Shown in pieces: positions 19,991 to 30,721 of a stretch of DNA of 64,000 nucleotides. The stretch is from NCBI GenBank assembly GCA_963666365.2, contig CAXXNF010000001.1, positions 640,001-704,000 on the forward strand, given 5' to 3'. Origin of the DNA: Syntrophales bacterium (lineage in GTDB: Bacteria > Desulfobacterota > Syntrophia > Syntrophales > UBA2210). The notes beneath the pieces were generated by a model. The model was given only the letters and a program-made list of their open reading frames with translations. It was not told where the DNA came from and searched no databases. The first letter of the stretch is position 1; every line of letters begins with the position of its first letter. A program made the position numbers and the translations under genes.

Positions 19991-21658
19991 CTATTTTTGC
20001 TTCCCCTTCTGCTTTTGAATCTCTTCATCTCTCAACATTCTTCTCAGCACCTTCCCGACAGCCGACTGCGGGAGGGTATCCCGGAACTCAACCGTCTTCG
20101 GCACCTTGTAGCCGGTCAGCTTTTCACGGCAGAACGAGATGATGTCATCCGCCGTGGCCGCCTCGCCCTCTCTCAGCACCACAAACGCTTTGACCGTTTC
20201 ACCCCTGTACTCATGAGGGACACCGACCGATATCGCCTCTTTGATCTTCGGGTGCCCATGCAGGACCTCGTCAATCTCCCGGGGATAAATATTGAATCCA
20301 CCGGCAATGATCATGTCTTTTTTCCGGTCGACGATGAAGAAGTACCCGTCTTCGTCCTGTATGGCGACATCACCGGTATAAAGCCATCCGTCCTTGATCT
20401 GCCCGGCGGTTTCTTCCGGTTTATTCCAATAGCCCTTCGTCACCGTGGGACTCTTTATTATCATCTCGCCCGGTTCGCCACGCGGGACTTCATTGACGCC
20501 CGCGGTAAGATCTACAAGGCGTATATCCGTATCAATGACGGGAATGCCGATGCTTCCATTCTTTGAAAGACCGAGAAGGGGATTTAATGTGCCGGCACAG
20601 GTGGTTTCGCTCATGGACCATCCCTCGCTGTAGAAAATACCCATATTGTTTATACGATTAATCGTTTCGACAGGCATGGGCGCGCCACCGGAGTTTAAAA
20701 GCCCCAACTTACGGTCGAGACCGAGCGCTTCCGCCCTCGGATGATTGATGATTGCGGAAATCATTGTAGGCACTGTGGGAAAAGAGAAAATCTCCTTGTA
20801 GTGTGCCAGAAGCTCCATCATCTCATCGATCTGAAATTCAGGCACAAGTATCTGGGTTCCGCAATTGAACATGGCGATGTTGAGAACACCGATATTCCCA
20901 TAGATATGAAAAAAAGGAATCGCACCCATCCAAAACCGACGTTCCGGCGGTATCAACTGCATTACTGGACCCAGCCAAAGCGAGAGGCCCACCGTTGCGG
21001 CAATTACGTTGGCGTGGGACAGAACGGCCCCCTTGGGCACTCCCGTGGTACCTCCCGTAAATTGAATAAGCGCAGGATCTTCCGGTCGGATGTTCACTCG
21101 GGGACGGCGCGTGTCGGTACATTCCTCAAGAATCTTGGAATAATAGCACCAGCCGGCTTCCAGTTCCGGAGGCGTTTTCGACTCACCTGACTTTGCGAAA
21201 TCCCGCAGCCTTGTTACAATTACCCCTGTGATTTCCACATGCTTTGAAAGGGTACTCACCGTCGGAAGCGCCGTATCGATAGTAAAAAGGGTCGTAATGC
21301 CGGTAGACTCAAAAACTCCTCTCAGCTCTTCAGCCGTGTAAAGGGGGTTGAGATTGACCACAATTGCCCCGAGAGACAGCACCGCATAATAGGCGATGAC
21401 ATATTGAGGACACGTGGGCAGATGCATTCCGACGCGATCCCCCTGTCGCACCCCCATGGCGCCCAGTGCATTGGCCATGCGCAGCACCTGGCACCGCAAT
21501 TGCCAGAATGTGATTTCGGCCCCCAGAAAGTGCACCGCCGCCTTGTCGGGATAGGCATTGGCGGGAATCTGAAGCAGATCGGATACGGCAAGACGGGGAA
21601 TGCGAGTGGTGATGGGTACGTTATAATCATAATGCCTATGCCATAACCTATGCTCCAT
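19991..21658 (-). CDS. Long-chain-fatty-acid--CoA ligase (AMP-binding family)
   Basis: QFTGGTTGVPKGA, EGWSMSET, WLYTGD, VDRKKDMII.GGFNIYPRE, VGKVLRR. Confidence 0.92.
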   Translation of the reverse strand: MEHRLWHRHYDYNVPITTRIPRLAVSDLLQIPANAYPDKAAVHFLGAEITFWQLRCQVLRMANALGAMGVRQGDRVGMHLPTCPQYVIAYYAVLSLGAIVVNLNPLYTAEELRGVFESTGITTLFTIDTALPTVSTLSKHVEITGVIVTRLRDFAKSGESKTPPELEAGWCYYSKILEECTDTRRPRVNIRPEDPALIQFTGGTTGVPKGAVLSHANVIAATVGLSLWLGPVMQLIPPERRFWMGAIPFFHIYGNIGVLNIAMFNCGTQILVPEFQIDEMMELLAHYKEIFSFPTVPTMISAIINHPRAEALGLDRKLGLLNSGGAPMPVETINRINNMGIFYSEGWSMSETTCAGTLNPLLGLSKNGSIGIPVIDTDIRLVDLTAGVNEVPRGEPGEMIIKSPTVTKGYWNKPEETAGQIKDGWLYTGDVAIQDEDGYFFIVDRKKDMIIAGGFNIYPREIDEVLHGHPKIKEAISVGVPHEYRGETVKAFVVLREGEAATADDIISFCREKLTGYKVPKTVEFRDTLPQSAVGKVLRRMLRDEEIQKQKGKQK

Positions 21659-21733
21659 AATCTCACCTCGATTAATAGTTGTGGGCTTTTTCTCTACAGT
21701 GTGGTGACCCCTGCCAACATATTACAGTAGTGC

Positions 21734-21763
21734 AGTCTACAGCACTGAAGAAATATCTGTCAA
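21734..21763 (-). promoter_or_regulatory. Putative sigma-70 promoter of the acyl-CoA ligase/solute-binding protein operon
   Basis: TTGACA-18 nt-TAGACT on the minus strand in an AT-rich intergenic region. Confidence 0.5.
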
Positions 21764-22145
21764 TTTGATATGGTGATTTACAATAAATAGTGTTTTATCA
21801 TAAATCAGTTCACTATTATTTTATCAGGGGAGGAAGACAGGCACTTAAATTCTGAAATGTAAAATTTTTGTGACTACTTGAAATATTTGGATTTGGATAC
21901 CAGACGCAACGTGCAAACCGGGCAATACAGACACGCGTTCCCCCATTCCAAAGGAGCAATTTGTTTCCGCTGCTTTATCATTATCCGATAAATCAGATCC
22001 CATCTACTCCCCTTTCTATTTTACCGGATGAAACGACGCCATCGATTCCGCCGCGTTGAAAAAATCGTTCAAAGGCACCGCAACAGTATGAAAACCAACA
22101 AAATATTATACACACACTCCATATAAGGATTGTGTGTTGTTAGAA

Positions 22146-22179
22146 AAGGGCGGAAGACCTTATTCGGTTTCCCGCCCTT
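22146..22179 (-). terminator. Intrinsic terminator after solute-binding paralog 2
   Basis: AAGGGCGG...CCGCCCTT stem with a T-tract on the minus strand. Confidence 0.7.
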
Positions 22180-22224
22180 CGCTTCACATAACTGCCGCCC
22201 AATTCCGGCGCAGCACCGTCTTTT

Positions 22225-23583
22225 TTATTTCTTACACCTTTCCAGATCCTCAGGAATCGGCGGCGTACAGTATTCGGCCGGAATCGTCACAACCTTTCCG
22301 TAACTCGCGGCGCCTTCTCCCCAGAAGCGACCGGGATACTCAAATTCGGTGGCATACATGTTCTTGACCGCCTGGTGATCGCAGGCCCGCATCTTCATCA
22401 CGCCCGTGAGTCCCTTGTACTCATCCCCTTCAAACTTGGCAATGAACTTCTCGGCATCGGTGGAACCGGCTCTTTCAAAGACATCAAGCATCCAATAGAG
22501 CTGATCGACACAGGAACCAAGCACCGTAATGGGATATTTGTATTCGATAGTGTCGTAAGGGCTCTTCCAGTTCTTCCACTCTTTGTGCCAGGCCGCCACG
22601 AAGGCCTTGTTCTCGGGGGTGTCGCAGGTGATCAAGTAATCGTTGACATTGACATGCCCCTTGCCGGCTTCTCCAAGGGCCTCGTAATTCTGAGGGGTAT
22701 CGCCATAAAGATGGGCTACGGGAATATTGGTCTGGAGGCTTTTAAGCGTGAGCATCAGATTTACTGAGTCCGGCTTCCAGTCTGCCGTATAGAGCACCTC
22801 GGCCCCGGAACCTTTGACACGTGTAACGTAAGGGGCAAAGTCTTTCATGAAAAGGGGATGATAGACTTCATCAAGGATTACCGCCTGCGGTTTGTACTTT
22901 TTCAATCCGTTCTTGAAAGCATCGGCCATTTCGTGACCGAAGAGATAATCCTGATCCAGAATGTAAAATTTCGTCTCCGGCCGCTTTGAATAGAAATAGG
23001 CCATGGCATCGCCGAACATGGAGGAATTCAGGCAGGTTCTAAAGGAATAGCGGTTGAAATTCTTCCCGTCCAGGAGGTTTGCCGAATTGGCGCACATAAC
23101 CACATAGGGAGTTTTGTATTTCTTGGCAACGCTCTGAAGCACCAGCGAAATATGGCTTCCGTTGGTCCCTACCATCAGATTTACTTTTTCTTCGAGACAC
23201 ATTCTCTCGGCCATCTTTTTTGCCGGAGACGGTTTTCCCTGGGTATCGCCTTTGATGATCTCTATCAATTTTTTCTTGCCGTCCACCGAGATGCCGCCCC
23301 GCTTGTTCAGATCGTGGGCAACCCACCCCGACTGACACCAATACAACTCTCCGTTCCCGGCGCCCGGTCCGGAAAAAATCATCATAATCCCGATCTTAAA
23401 CGTATCGCCTGTCGGAATGTTCTGATTGCTTGGATCATATCCGGTCATATCTGACACTTTCGTCATGTCATAGCCGGGCATTGCAGCCGCCGGCATGCTG
23501 ATCCCCATAGTCATAAGTGCCAGCAATGAACAAACAGCCATTAACTTCCCCACACTTTTAAACGATCCCTTCATTCTCACCAC
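22225..23583 (-). CDS. ABC transporter solute-binding protein, LivJ/K-like (paralog 2)
   Basis: Same motifs as paralog 1: FSGPGAG, QDYLFG, YHPLFMKDFAPY, MRACDHQ, C-terminal CTPPIPEDLERC. Confidence 0.9.
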   Translation of the reverse strand: MVRMKGSFKSVGKLMAVCSLLALMTMGISMPAAAMPGYDMTKVSDMTGYDPSNQNIPTGDTFKIGIMMIFSGPGAGNGELYWCQSGWVAHDLNKRGGISVDGKKKLIEIIKGDTQGKPSPAKKMAERMCLEEKVNLMVGTNGSHISLVLQSVAKKYKTPYVVMCANSANLLDGKNFNRYSFRTCLNSSMFGDAMAYFYSKRPETKFYILDQDYLFGHEMADAFKNGLKKYKPQAVILDEVYHPLFMKDFAPYVTRVKGSGAEVLYTADWKPDSVNLMLTLKSLQTNIPVAHLYGDTPQNYEALGEAGKGHVNVNDYLITCDTPENKAFVAAWHKEWKNWKSPYDTIEYKYPITVLGSCVDQLYWMLDVFERAGSTDAEKFIAKFEGDEYKGLTGVMKMRACDHQAVKNMYATEFEYPGRFWGEGAASYGKVVTIPAEYCTPPIPEDLERCKK

Positions 23584-23734
23584 ATCCTTTCTTAAAGTCG
23601 TTGAGTGATTTATATACTGTCTTTTGAAACATATAAGAATATGGCGATAAGTCGTAGAGGATGATTACCCTATTTTGACTGCTCCAAAACCTTAGTGCGG
23701 GCAGGTATTCGGAGCATATTGCTTCTGAAAAAGA

Positions 23735-23775
23735 AAAGGCCCCGCGGGAAGTATCACACTTCCCGCGGGGCCTTT
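23735..23775 (-). terminator. Intrinsic terminator after solute-binding paralog 3
   Basis: Perfect 18-bp stem AAAGGCCCCGCGGGAAGT/ACTTCCCGCGGGGCCTTT with a T-rich tail on the minus strand. Confidence 0.88.
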
Positions 23776-23810
23776 GTCTACCCCCCGACGTCAAATCACT
23801 TGAGATGACG

Positions 23811-25145
23811 CTATTTGTTGCAGCGAGGGAGATCGGCCGGCACCGGCGGCGTACAGAATTCCGCCGGAATGGTGATGGCCTTTCCGTAACTGGCAGCGCC
23901 TTCAAAGAAGGGGCTGGGATATACGAATTCGGTGGCATACATGGGTTTGATCGCCTGATGATCGCAGGCGCGCATCTTCATGACCCCGGTCAGGCCCTTG
24001 TACTCGTCATCCTCGAATTTCGCAATAAACTTCTCTGGATCAGTTGAACCGGCGCGTTCAAACACATCAAGAATCCAGTACATCTGATCGCTGGCGGAAC
24101 CGAGAACGGTAATGGGGTACTTATATTCGATCGTATCGAATGGGCTCTTCCAGTTCTTCCATGCGGTGTACCAGGCGTTCACAAAGGCTTTGTTTTCCGG
24201 CGTATCGCAGGTAATAAGATAATCGTTGACGTTGACCTTTCCCTTTCCCATGGGACCGAGAGCCCGGTAATTTTCCGGATTGTCGGCATAGAGATTGGCC
24301 ACGGGGAGAGCGACCTCAAGACTTTTCAGGGTCATCAGCAGATTTTCCGAATCGGGTTTCCAGTCCCCCGTATAGATCACCTCGGCGCCAGAACCTTTAA
24401 TCTTTGTCACATAGGGAGCAAAGTCTTTCATAAAGAGCGGGTGATAAACTTCGTCAACAATCACTGCCTCGGGCTTGTACTTCTTCAACCCCTCTTTGAA
24501 TGAATTCGCCATTTCATGCCCGAAGAGATAATCCTGGCAGAGGATGTAGAATTTCTTCTCAGGTCGTTTTGAATAGAAATAGGCCATGGCATCGCCAAAC
24601 ATGGAAGAATCCAGGCAGGTCCTGAAACTGTGGCGGTTGAAATTGGTACCACTCATGAGGTTTTTCGCATTTGCCGCCAGCACCACGTAAGGTGTCTTAT
24701 ACTTGTCGGCAACACTCTGAAGGACGAGCGAAATATGACTGCCGTTGGTCCCCACCATCAACTGCACCTTTTCCTCGAGACACATCCGTTCGGCCATCTT
24801 CTTGGCCGGAGCGGGCTTGCCCTGGGTATCCGCCTTTATCAGTTCAATCAATTTTTTCTTTCCGTCCACCGCAAGGCCGCCCCGTTTATTGATGTCGTAG
24901 GCAACCCAGGAAGACTGAGACCAAAAAAGCCTGCCGTTGCCGGCGCCGGCGCCCGAGAAAATCCACATTAAGCCAATTTTGAATGTATCATCCGCCTTGG
25001 GATTTTCATAGGTGGATGGATCAAAACCGCTCATGTCGGAAACCTTGGCAAGATCATACCCCGGCATTGCAAGAGCGGGAACGGCTAATCCGAGAACCAA
25101 AACCAGGCTGCACAATCCGACGCACCATACAAAATACTTTCTCAT
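23811..25145 (-). CDS. ABC transporter solute-binding protein, LivJ/K-like (paralog 3, tandem duplicate of paralog 2)
   Basis: Long stretches identical to paralog 2 (SSMFGDAMAYFYSKRPE, VNVNDYLITCDTPENKAFV, DTIEYKYPITVLGS); AAGGAGG RBS. Confidence 0.9.
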   Translation of the reverse strand: MRKYFVWCVGLCSLVLVLGLAVPALAMPGYDLAKVSDMSGFDPSTYENPKADDTFKIGLMWIFSGAGAGNGRLFWSQSSWVAYDINKRGGLAVDGKKKLIELIKADTQGKPAPAKKMAERMCLEEKVQLMVGTNGSHISLVLQSVADKYKTPYVVLAANAKNLMSGTNFNRHSFRTCLDSSMFGDAMAYFYSKRPEKKFYILCQDYLFGHEMANSFKEGLKKYKPEAVIVDEVYHPLFMKDFAPYVTKIKGSGAEVIYTGDWKPDSENLLMTLKSLEVALPVANLYADNPENYRALGPMGKGKVNVNDYLITCDTPENKAFVNAWYTAWKNWKSPFDTIEYKYPITVLGSASDQMYWILDVFERAGSTDPEKFIAKFEDDEYKGLTGVMKMRACDHQAIKPMYATEFVYPSPFFEGAASYGKAITIPAEFCTPPVPADLPRCNK

Positions 25146-25456
25146 AAACCCCTCCTTTTTTCCCGTAGACCATTATAATATTGAAGAAAAGACGCACTCC
25201 CAAAAAGTTCGCGCTCCCCTCCCCTAGAGCTGAGGCTGGGACATCATTTGACCTCAACACTCCGAAACCCCAGCCGTCTACGCTTTTTCCTTAGATTGTG
25301 TAAGATATTTACTTATACACACAGAAAACGTTCAAATGCAATAGCAAAACAGAATTTATTGCCCTTCATAGTCATTCTTTCTGTTGCTCAATGCGGCTAC
25401 CATGAAAGATTTGAATGATGCCATTGATGCTATCGCTGCAGATGACCACATAAAGC

Positions 25457-25583
25457 AAATAAAGGGACACTTCCCTATTTAAACAGCGTTTAGAGCGTTT
25501 GGGACGTTTAGACAACAGCAATCTGAACGTTCATAACGTTACTAACGATCCTCACGATTTAATAGGGAAGTGTCCCTTTATTT
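25457..25583. repeat. 127-bp palindromic element with perfect 23-bp terminal inverted repeats (MITE/REP-like)
   Basis: AAATAAAGGGACACTTCCCTATT (25457-25479) is the exact reverse complement of 25561-25583; the interior carries 9-nt periodic repeats. Confidence 0.8.
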
Positions 25584-27140
25584 AAGAATGTATCCCTCGG
25601 CAAGTGCGGTGAATTCCTCAATCTGGACTTTCTGCCACCGGCGTCGGCGTCCCAGTTCCTTTGCCATGAGGCGGGCCACTTCCGGGGCCATTCGAATGGC
25701 GGCCCTGGCATCGAGAAAAAGCGCCCTGGTCCTTCGCGCCAGCACATCCTCCACTGTTCTTGCCATTTCGTGCCGTGCGGCCCAGACTACTTCGGCTTTC
25801 ACCGTGGGAAGGGCCTCGTCAAGTTTTTCTCCCAGTTTGGGAGTGCGTTCGATCATGCGGCGAATGGCAATGGAATCGGAACCGTAGGCATGGAGAAAAT
25901 CACCCTTGTCCAGGTTTTTTAGCCACCCGTGGATTCGAAGATGGGCTGATGTGCTGGGACGTTCATCGAGACCGGCCACAAGGACCGCTTTGTCAATCGT
26001 ATCCTGCCCCATTTTACGGTAGGTGGTCCATTTTCCTCCTACCAGCGTCACCAAGCCCGAAAGCGATACGAGAATCTTGTGGCTTCGGGAAATTTCCTTG
26101 GTCGGCTTGCTCTCGTCATGGGTTGCCGCCAGAGGACGAAGGCCGGCAAAGACACTGAGGACATCGGTTCGTTTCGGCGTCTTCTCCAGATATCGCGCCG
26201 CGTTGTTCAATATGAAGTCGATCTCTTCGTCCAGGGCGCGGGGCTCGAGGCTCGGTCTTTCGACGGGCGTATCGGTGGTCCCGACGACCACCTTGTCATA
26301 CCAGGGAACGGCGAAAAGCACCCTCCCGTCGTCGGTATGGGGAACCATAATCGCCGTTTCACCGGGAAGGAACTCCTTAGCAAGGACCAGATGAACCCCC
26401 TGGCTCGGGGTCACGATATTGAGCGCGTCGGGATCATCCATTTGCAGTATGTCGTCGACGAAAACCCCTGTGGCGTTCACCACTACTCTCCCGTATACCC
26501 GGTATTCCTTACGCGTTTCCAGATCCAGGACACGAACTCCGTTGACCATGTCGCCCGATTTCAACAACCCCGTCACCTTCATGTAATTAAGGGGAGTCCC
26601 CCCCAGGTCGGCCGCGGTCTGCGCCAGATTGAGGGCCAGACGCGCATCGTCGAACTGACCGTCCTGATAAATGATTCCTCCTCGAAGCCCCTCGGTTTTC
26701 ACAGTGGGTATATATTTGAGGGTTTCCTTTTTCGTCAGGCTTTTGGAGGGTCCCAGCCCCAGTTTTCCCGCAAGCATGTCGTACACTTTCAGTCCTATGC
26801 GGTAAAAAGGTCCGTCCCACCATTCGTAACTGGGAACGACGAAATTTTGATTGCTGACGAGATGGGGCGCATTCTGTCGCAGAAGCCCCCGCTCGTGCAG
26901 TGCCTCCAGCACCATGGATACATCCCCCTGCTGGAGATATCGCACCCCTCCGTGAATCAGTTTGGTGCTTCGGCTCGATGTGCCCTTTGAAAAATCTGAT
27001 TGTTCCAGCAGAAGGCAGGTGTAGCCCCGTGAACTTGCCTCCACGGCTGTTCCCAGGCCGGAAGCGCCTCCTCCTATCACAATAATATCCCATACCTCAT
27101 CAAATGCCTCCAGGGTGGCGATCATATCTTCTCGTATCAT
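25578..27140 (-). CDS. glpD: FAD-dependent glycerol-3-phosphate dehydrogenase
   Basis: IGGGASG, GTSSRSTKLIHGGVRYL, YQDGQFDDAR, GGKWTTYR; directly downstream of glpK. Confidence 0.93.
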   Translation of the reverse strand: MIREDMIATLEAFDEVWDIIVIGGGASGLGTAVEASSRGYTCLLLEQSDFSKGTSSRSTKLIHGGVRYLQQGDVSMVLEALHERGLLRQNAPHLVSNQNFVVPSYEWWDGPFYRIGLKVYDMLAGKLGLGPSKSLTKKETLKYIPTVKTEGLRGGIIYQDGQFDDARLALNLAQTAADLGGTPLNYMKVTGLLKSGDMVNGVRVLDLETRKEYRVYGRVVVNATGVFVDDILQMDDPDALNIVTPSQGVHLVLAKEFLPGETAIMVPHTDDGRVLFAVPWYDKVVVGTTDTPVERPSLEPRALDEEIDFILNNAARYLEKTPKRTDVLSVFAGLRPLAATHDESKPTKEISRSHKILVSLSGLVTLVGGKWTTYRKMGQDTIDKAVLVAGLDERPSTSAHLRIHGWLKNLDKGDFLHAYGSDSIAIRRMIERTPKLGEKLDEALPTVKAEVVWAARHEMARTVEDVLARRTRALFLDARAAIRMAPEVARLMAKELGRRRRWQKVQIEEFTALAEGYILK

Positions 27141-27171
27141 TGCCTGTGACTCCCTTCCTTCTCCAAGGCAT

Positions 27172-28668
27172 TCATTCTTCAATCCACCGTTCGGACCGCC
27201 CGCGAGCCTTCTCCCAATTCCGGCAGAGCATCATCACCTCTTCATGGGCCATGGCGGCATGGAATGTTTCGTCGCGCTTCCATTGAGCGGCAATTTCATC
27301 GTACCCCTGCCAGTACCCCACGGCCAGGCCCGCAAGATAGGCGGCCCCCAGGGCCGTTGTTTCGAGGATCACGGGACGCACCACGGGAATCTTCAGGATG
27401 TCGGCCTGAAACTGCAACAGCAGGTCATTCGATGCGGCGCCTCCATCCACTCGAAGTTCGGCAGCGTCAATGGACGCGTCGGCGCTCATTGCTTTTATCA
27501 CGTCATGTACCTGAAAGGCGATGCCTTCAAGGGCAGCCCGCGCAAGGTGTCCCGCAGTGGTCCCCCGGGTGACGCCGACTATGGTCCCCCGGGCATACTG
27601 GTCCCAGTGCGGCGCGCCGAGGCCGGTAAACGCCGGCACCAGATACACGCCCCCATTGTTTTCGACGGTGCGCGCCAAGGCCTCCACGTCGCCCGATGCC
27701 GCGATCAGTCCCATACCGTCCCGAAGCCACTGAACGACGGCGCCGGCCACAAAGATGCTCCCTTCCAGGGCATAGGTCGTCGTTCCGTCTATCTGCCATG
27801 CAATTGTTGCAAGCAGCTTGTTCTTGGAGAAGATTCGTTCTTCGCCGGTGTTCATCATGACGAAACTGCCCGTACCATAGGTGTTCTTTATCATCCCCCG
27901 CCGGGTGCACATCTGACCGAAGAGGGCCGCCTGCTGGTCCCCGGCAATGCCCCCCAGGGGAATCTTCCTGCCGAAAAGCGCTTCCTCTGTGTACCCGTAT
28001 ATCTCACTGGAGCTTGCCACCTCGGGGAGGATGGACCGAGGAATGTCCATAAGGTTACAGAGTTGTTCGTCCCAGCAGAGATCTTCAATATTATACAGCA
28101 TCGTCCTGCTTGCATTGGATACATCGGTGAGATGCCGTTTCCCGCCCGTCAGATTCCAGAGAAGCCAACTATCGATCGTCCCGAAGGCCAAATCTCCCGC
28201 TTCCGCCTTCCTTCGAGCCCCTTCGACATGTTCCAATATCCAGCGGATTTTCGGTCCTGAAAAATAGGCATCGATGACAAGACCGCAGACATGCCCGATC
28301 ATATCCTCGTATCCCCGATCCTTCAGATCATCGCAGTATGCCGCAGTGCGTCGGTCCTGCCATACAATGGCATTATAGAGAGGTTCTCCGGTTTTTCTGT
28401 CCCAGACCACAGTGGTTTCCCGCTGATTGGTGATGCCGATGGCGGCGATACACTCGACGCCGATTCCCGCCGATGCGATCGCCTCGCGGGCCGTGGAAAT
28501 CTGAGAGTCCAGAATCTCGCGGGGATTCTGTTCCACCCACCCCAGTTGTGGAAAATACTGGGGAAACTCCCGCTGAGACAGGGCAACAACCGCACCCCGG
28601 CGATCGAACAGAATCGCCCGTGAACTGGTCGTCCCCTGATCGAGCGCCAAAATGTACGTTTCCATCAT
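27172..28668 (-). CDS. glpK: Glycerol kinase
   Basis: [53 protein letters not shown]. Confidence 0.97.
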   Translation of the reverse strand: MMETYILALDQGTTSSRAILFDRRGAVVALSQREFPQYFPQLGWVEQNPREILDSQISTAREAIASAGIGVECIAAIGITNQRETTVVWDRKTGEPLYNAIVWQDRRTAAYCDDLKDRGYEDMIGHVCGLVIDAYFSGPKIRWILEHVEGARRKAEAGDLAFGTIDSWLLWNLTGGKRHLTDVSNASRTMLYNIEDLCWDEQLCNLMDIPRSILPEVASSSEIYGYTEEALFGRKIPLGGIAGDQQAALFGQMCTRRGMIKNTYGTGSFVMMNTGEERIFSKNKLLATIAWQIDGTTTYALEGSIFVAGAVVQWLRDGMGLIAASGDVEALARTVENNGGVYLVPAFTGLGAPHWDQYARGTIVGVTRGTTAGHLARAALEGIAFQVHDVIKAMSADASIDAAELRVDGGAASNDLLLQFQADILKIPVVRPVILETTALGAAYLAGLAVGYWQGYDEIAAQWKRDETFHAAMAHEEVMMLCRNWEKARGRSERWIEE

Positions 28669-28933
28669 CTCACCCCCTGGACCTGTTGTAAGGAACCCGC
28701 CTTCGTCGCATCCCCATTCATCACACCTTTTATTGCAATGAGATGTGCTCATGTACGCATCCTGAAGGACTATTGCCCACAACGATATTTTTATCGGAAG
28801 TCTTTATGAACCGCTTCTACGGAATATGTGATAGGATCAAATTTCTCTGAAGTCAAGACAAATCACTGTGCGCACTCTACACCTCAGCACGAAACGTCTT
28901 TGCAGGATTTGCCGCACCATAAGGAATAACGAA

Positions 28934-28971
28934 CAGAGGGGCGACGGGGAATTTCCCCGCCGCCCCTTCTG
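28934..28971 (-). terminator. Hairpin/terminator after solute-binding paralog 4
   Basis: GC-rich near-perfect stem GGGGCGACGGGGAA/TTCCCCGCCGCCCC. Confidence 0.65.
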
Positions 28972-29039
28972 GCATCAATGGCACACCCTCTATTCCGTTC
29001 TCAACTGCGCCGGAACAGACCTGCCTGTCCGCGCACTGC

Positions 29040-30389
29040 CTACTTCTTGCATCTATCCAGATCTTCCGGCATCGGGGGCGTGCAGTACTTCGCGGGAATC
29101 ACAACCACATCGCCTGCATTCGACATTTCGTCATACCACTGGTTGGGATGAACATAGACGGTAGCGTAGTGATCCATCACCGCCTGATGATCACAGGCCC
29201 TCATGGTCAGCGGCCCCACGATCGAGTTCCACACATCGCCTTCCCATACTTTGATAATCTTGTCCGGCTTTGTGCTTCCCGCCCTCTTGACCACATCCAT
29301 CAGCCAGTAGGTCTGGGACAGCGTGGCGCCGATGGTGCCGCTGTTCCATTTATACAGAGGGGTGTCGTAAGGCTTGGCCCACTTATTCTTCCACTGATCG
29401 TTCCATTTCTTCAGCCACAGGGCCTTTTCAGGCGTATCGGGGGCGCACAGAAACTGGTTCACATGAATAAGTCCCTTGGTGCCTTCGGGACCGACGCCCG
29501 CCAGTGAATTAGGCTCATCCATAAAGAGGTTCACAAAGGAAAGTTTCATTCCCAGATCACGGGACTGTTTGAGCAGATTGCCTGAATCGGGGAGCCAGTC
29601 GGCAGTATAGACGACTTCGGCGCCGGAACCCATGATCTTGGTAATGTAGGGGGCGAAATCCTTCAGGAAGAGCGGATGATATTCCTGACCCACGATCTCG
29701 ACATCCGGTGCGTACTTCTTCAGACCCTTTATAAATCCTTCCGCCATGTCATGACCGAATAGATAATCCTGACAGAGAATGTAATACTTCTTCTCGGGCC
29801 GCGTGGAGCAGTAATAGGCAGCGGCAAGTCCGTGCATACTGGTGTTCAACATGGTCCTGAAGGTGTAGCGGTTGAAATTCTTGCCGTCCATGAGTCCATC
29901 GGAAAGTGCCAGGACATTCACGAAGATTCTTTTATATTTCTTGGCCACATTCTGAATAATAAGGGCCAAGTGGCTGCCTGTGGTTCCCCAGAGGATGTCT
30001 ACCTTTTCTTCCAGACAGAGTCGTTCGGCTATTTTCTTGCAGACGGCCGGCTTCCCCTGCGTGTCGCCCTTGATTATTTCAAGTTTTTTCTTTTTGCCGT
30101 CCACAAGAATCCCGCCACGCTTGTTCATGTCGTAGGCAATCCAGGTGCATACCAGCCAATAGATCTCGCCGTTGCCGGCCCCTGGTCCCGAAAAAATATT
30201 CATGAGCCCCAGCTTGAGCGTATCTCCCTTGGGATTTTCAAAGGTGTTCGGATCAAAATCCGACATATCGGACATCTCGTGGATGTTAAACCCGGGGGTG
30301 GCAGCGCATACTTCCACTGCCGACAGTCCCAGCGCCATCACACACAAAACCAGCAATGTCACAATGCCATTCATTAAAATTTTCTTCAT
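29040..30389 (-). CDS. ABC transporter solute-binding protein, LivJ/K-like (paralog 4)
   Basis: MSDMSDFDP, FSGPGAGNG, QDYLFG, YHPLFLKDFAPY, MRACDHQ, CTPPMPEDLDRC. Confidence 0.9.
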   Translation of the reverse strand: MKKILMNGIVTLLVLCVMALGLSAVEVCAATPGFNIHEMSDMSDFDPNTFENPKGDTLKLGLMNIFSGPGAGNGEIYWLVCTWIAYDMNKRGGILVDGKKKKLEIIKGDTQGKPAVCKKIAERLCLEEKVDILWGTTGSHLALIIQNVAKKYKRIFVNVLALSDGLMDGKNFNRYTFRTMLNTSMHGLAAAYYCSTRPEKKYYILCQDYLFGHDMAEGFIKGLKKYAPDVEIVGQEYHPLFLKDFAPYITKIMGSGAEVVYTADWLPDSGNLLKQSRDLGMKLSFVNLFMDEPNSLAGVGPEGTKGLIHVNQFLCAPDTPEKALWLKKWNDQWKNKWAKPYDTPLYKWNSGTIGATLSQTYWLMDVVKRAGSTKPDKIIKVWEGDVWNSIVGPLTMRACDHQAVMDHYATVYVHPNQWYDEMSNAGDVVVIPAKYCTPPMPEDLDRCKK

Positions 30390-30721
30390 AACTTCCCCTT
30401 TCTTCTGTTTCGATACCACGTCGTTTATGATTCACAGCTCCGCGCACTCATCACTCACAGCGTAATCTCTGTGGGTGATTGCAATACTACCCTGCGAAAG
30501 GGGTGAAATATATGCTCCTATGTGGGATTTCTATCGTCTCTTTTGCCTATGTAACACTCAGGATCGACCTTATTCCCGATTAAGAAAACATCGTTGCGCA
30601 CCTGTGTTATCCTGAGTTTCGTTAACTTCGCTGCATCGCACCGTTGTGAGACCCCATTAAAGATAAGCAGAGACTTTCCCGATAGTATCTGCTAGAAAAA
30701 AATAAACGAGGTTAGGATTCA

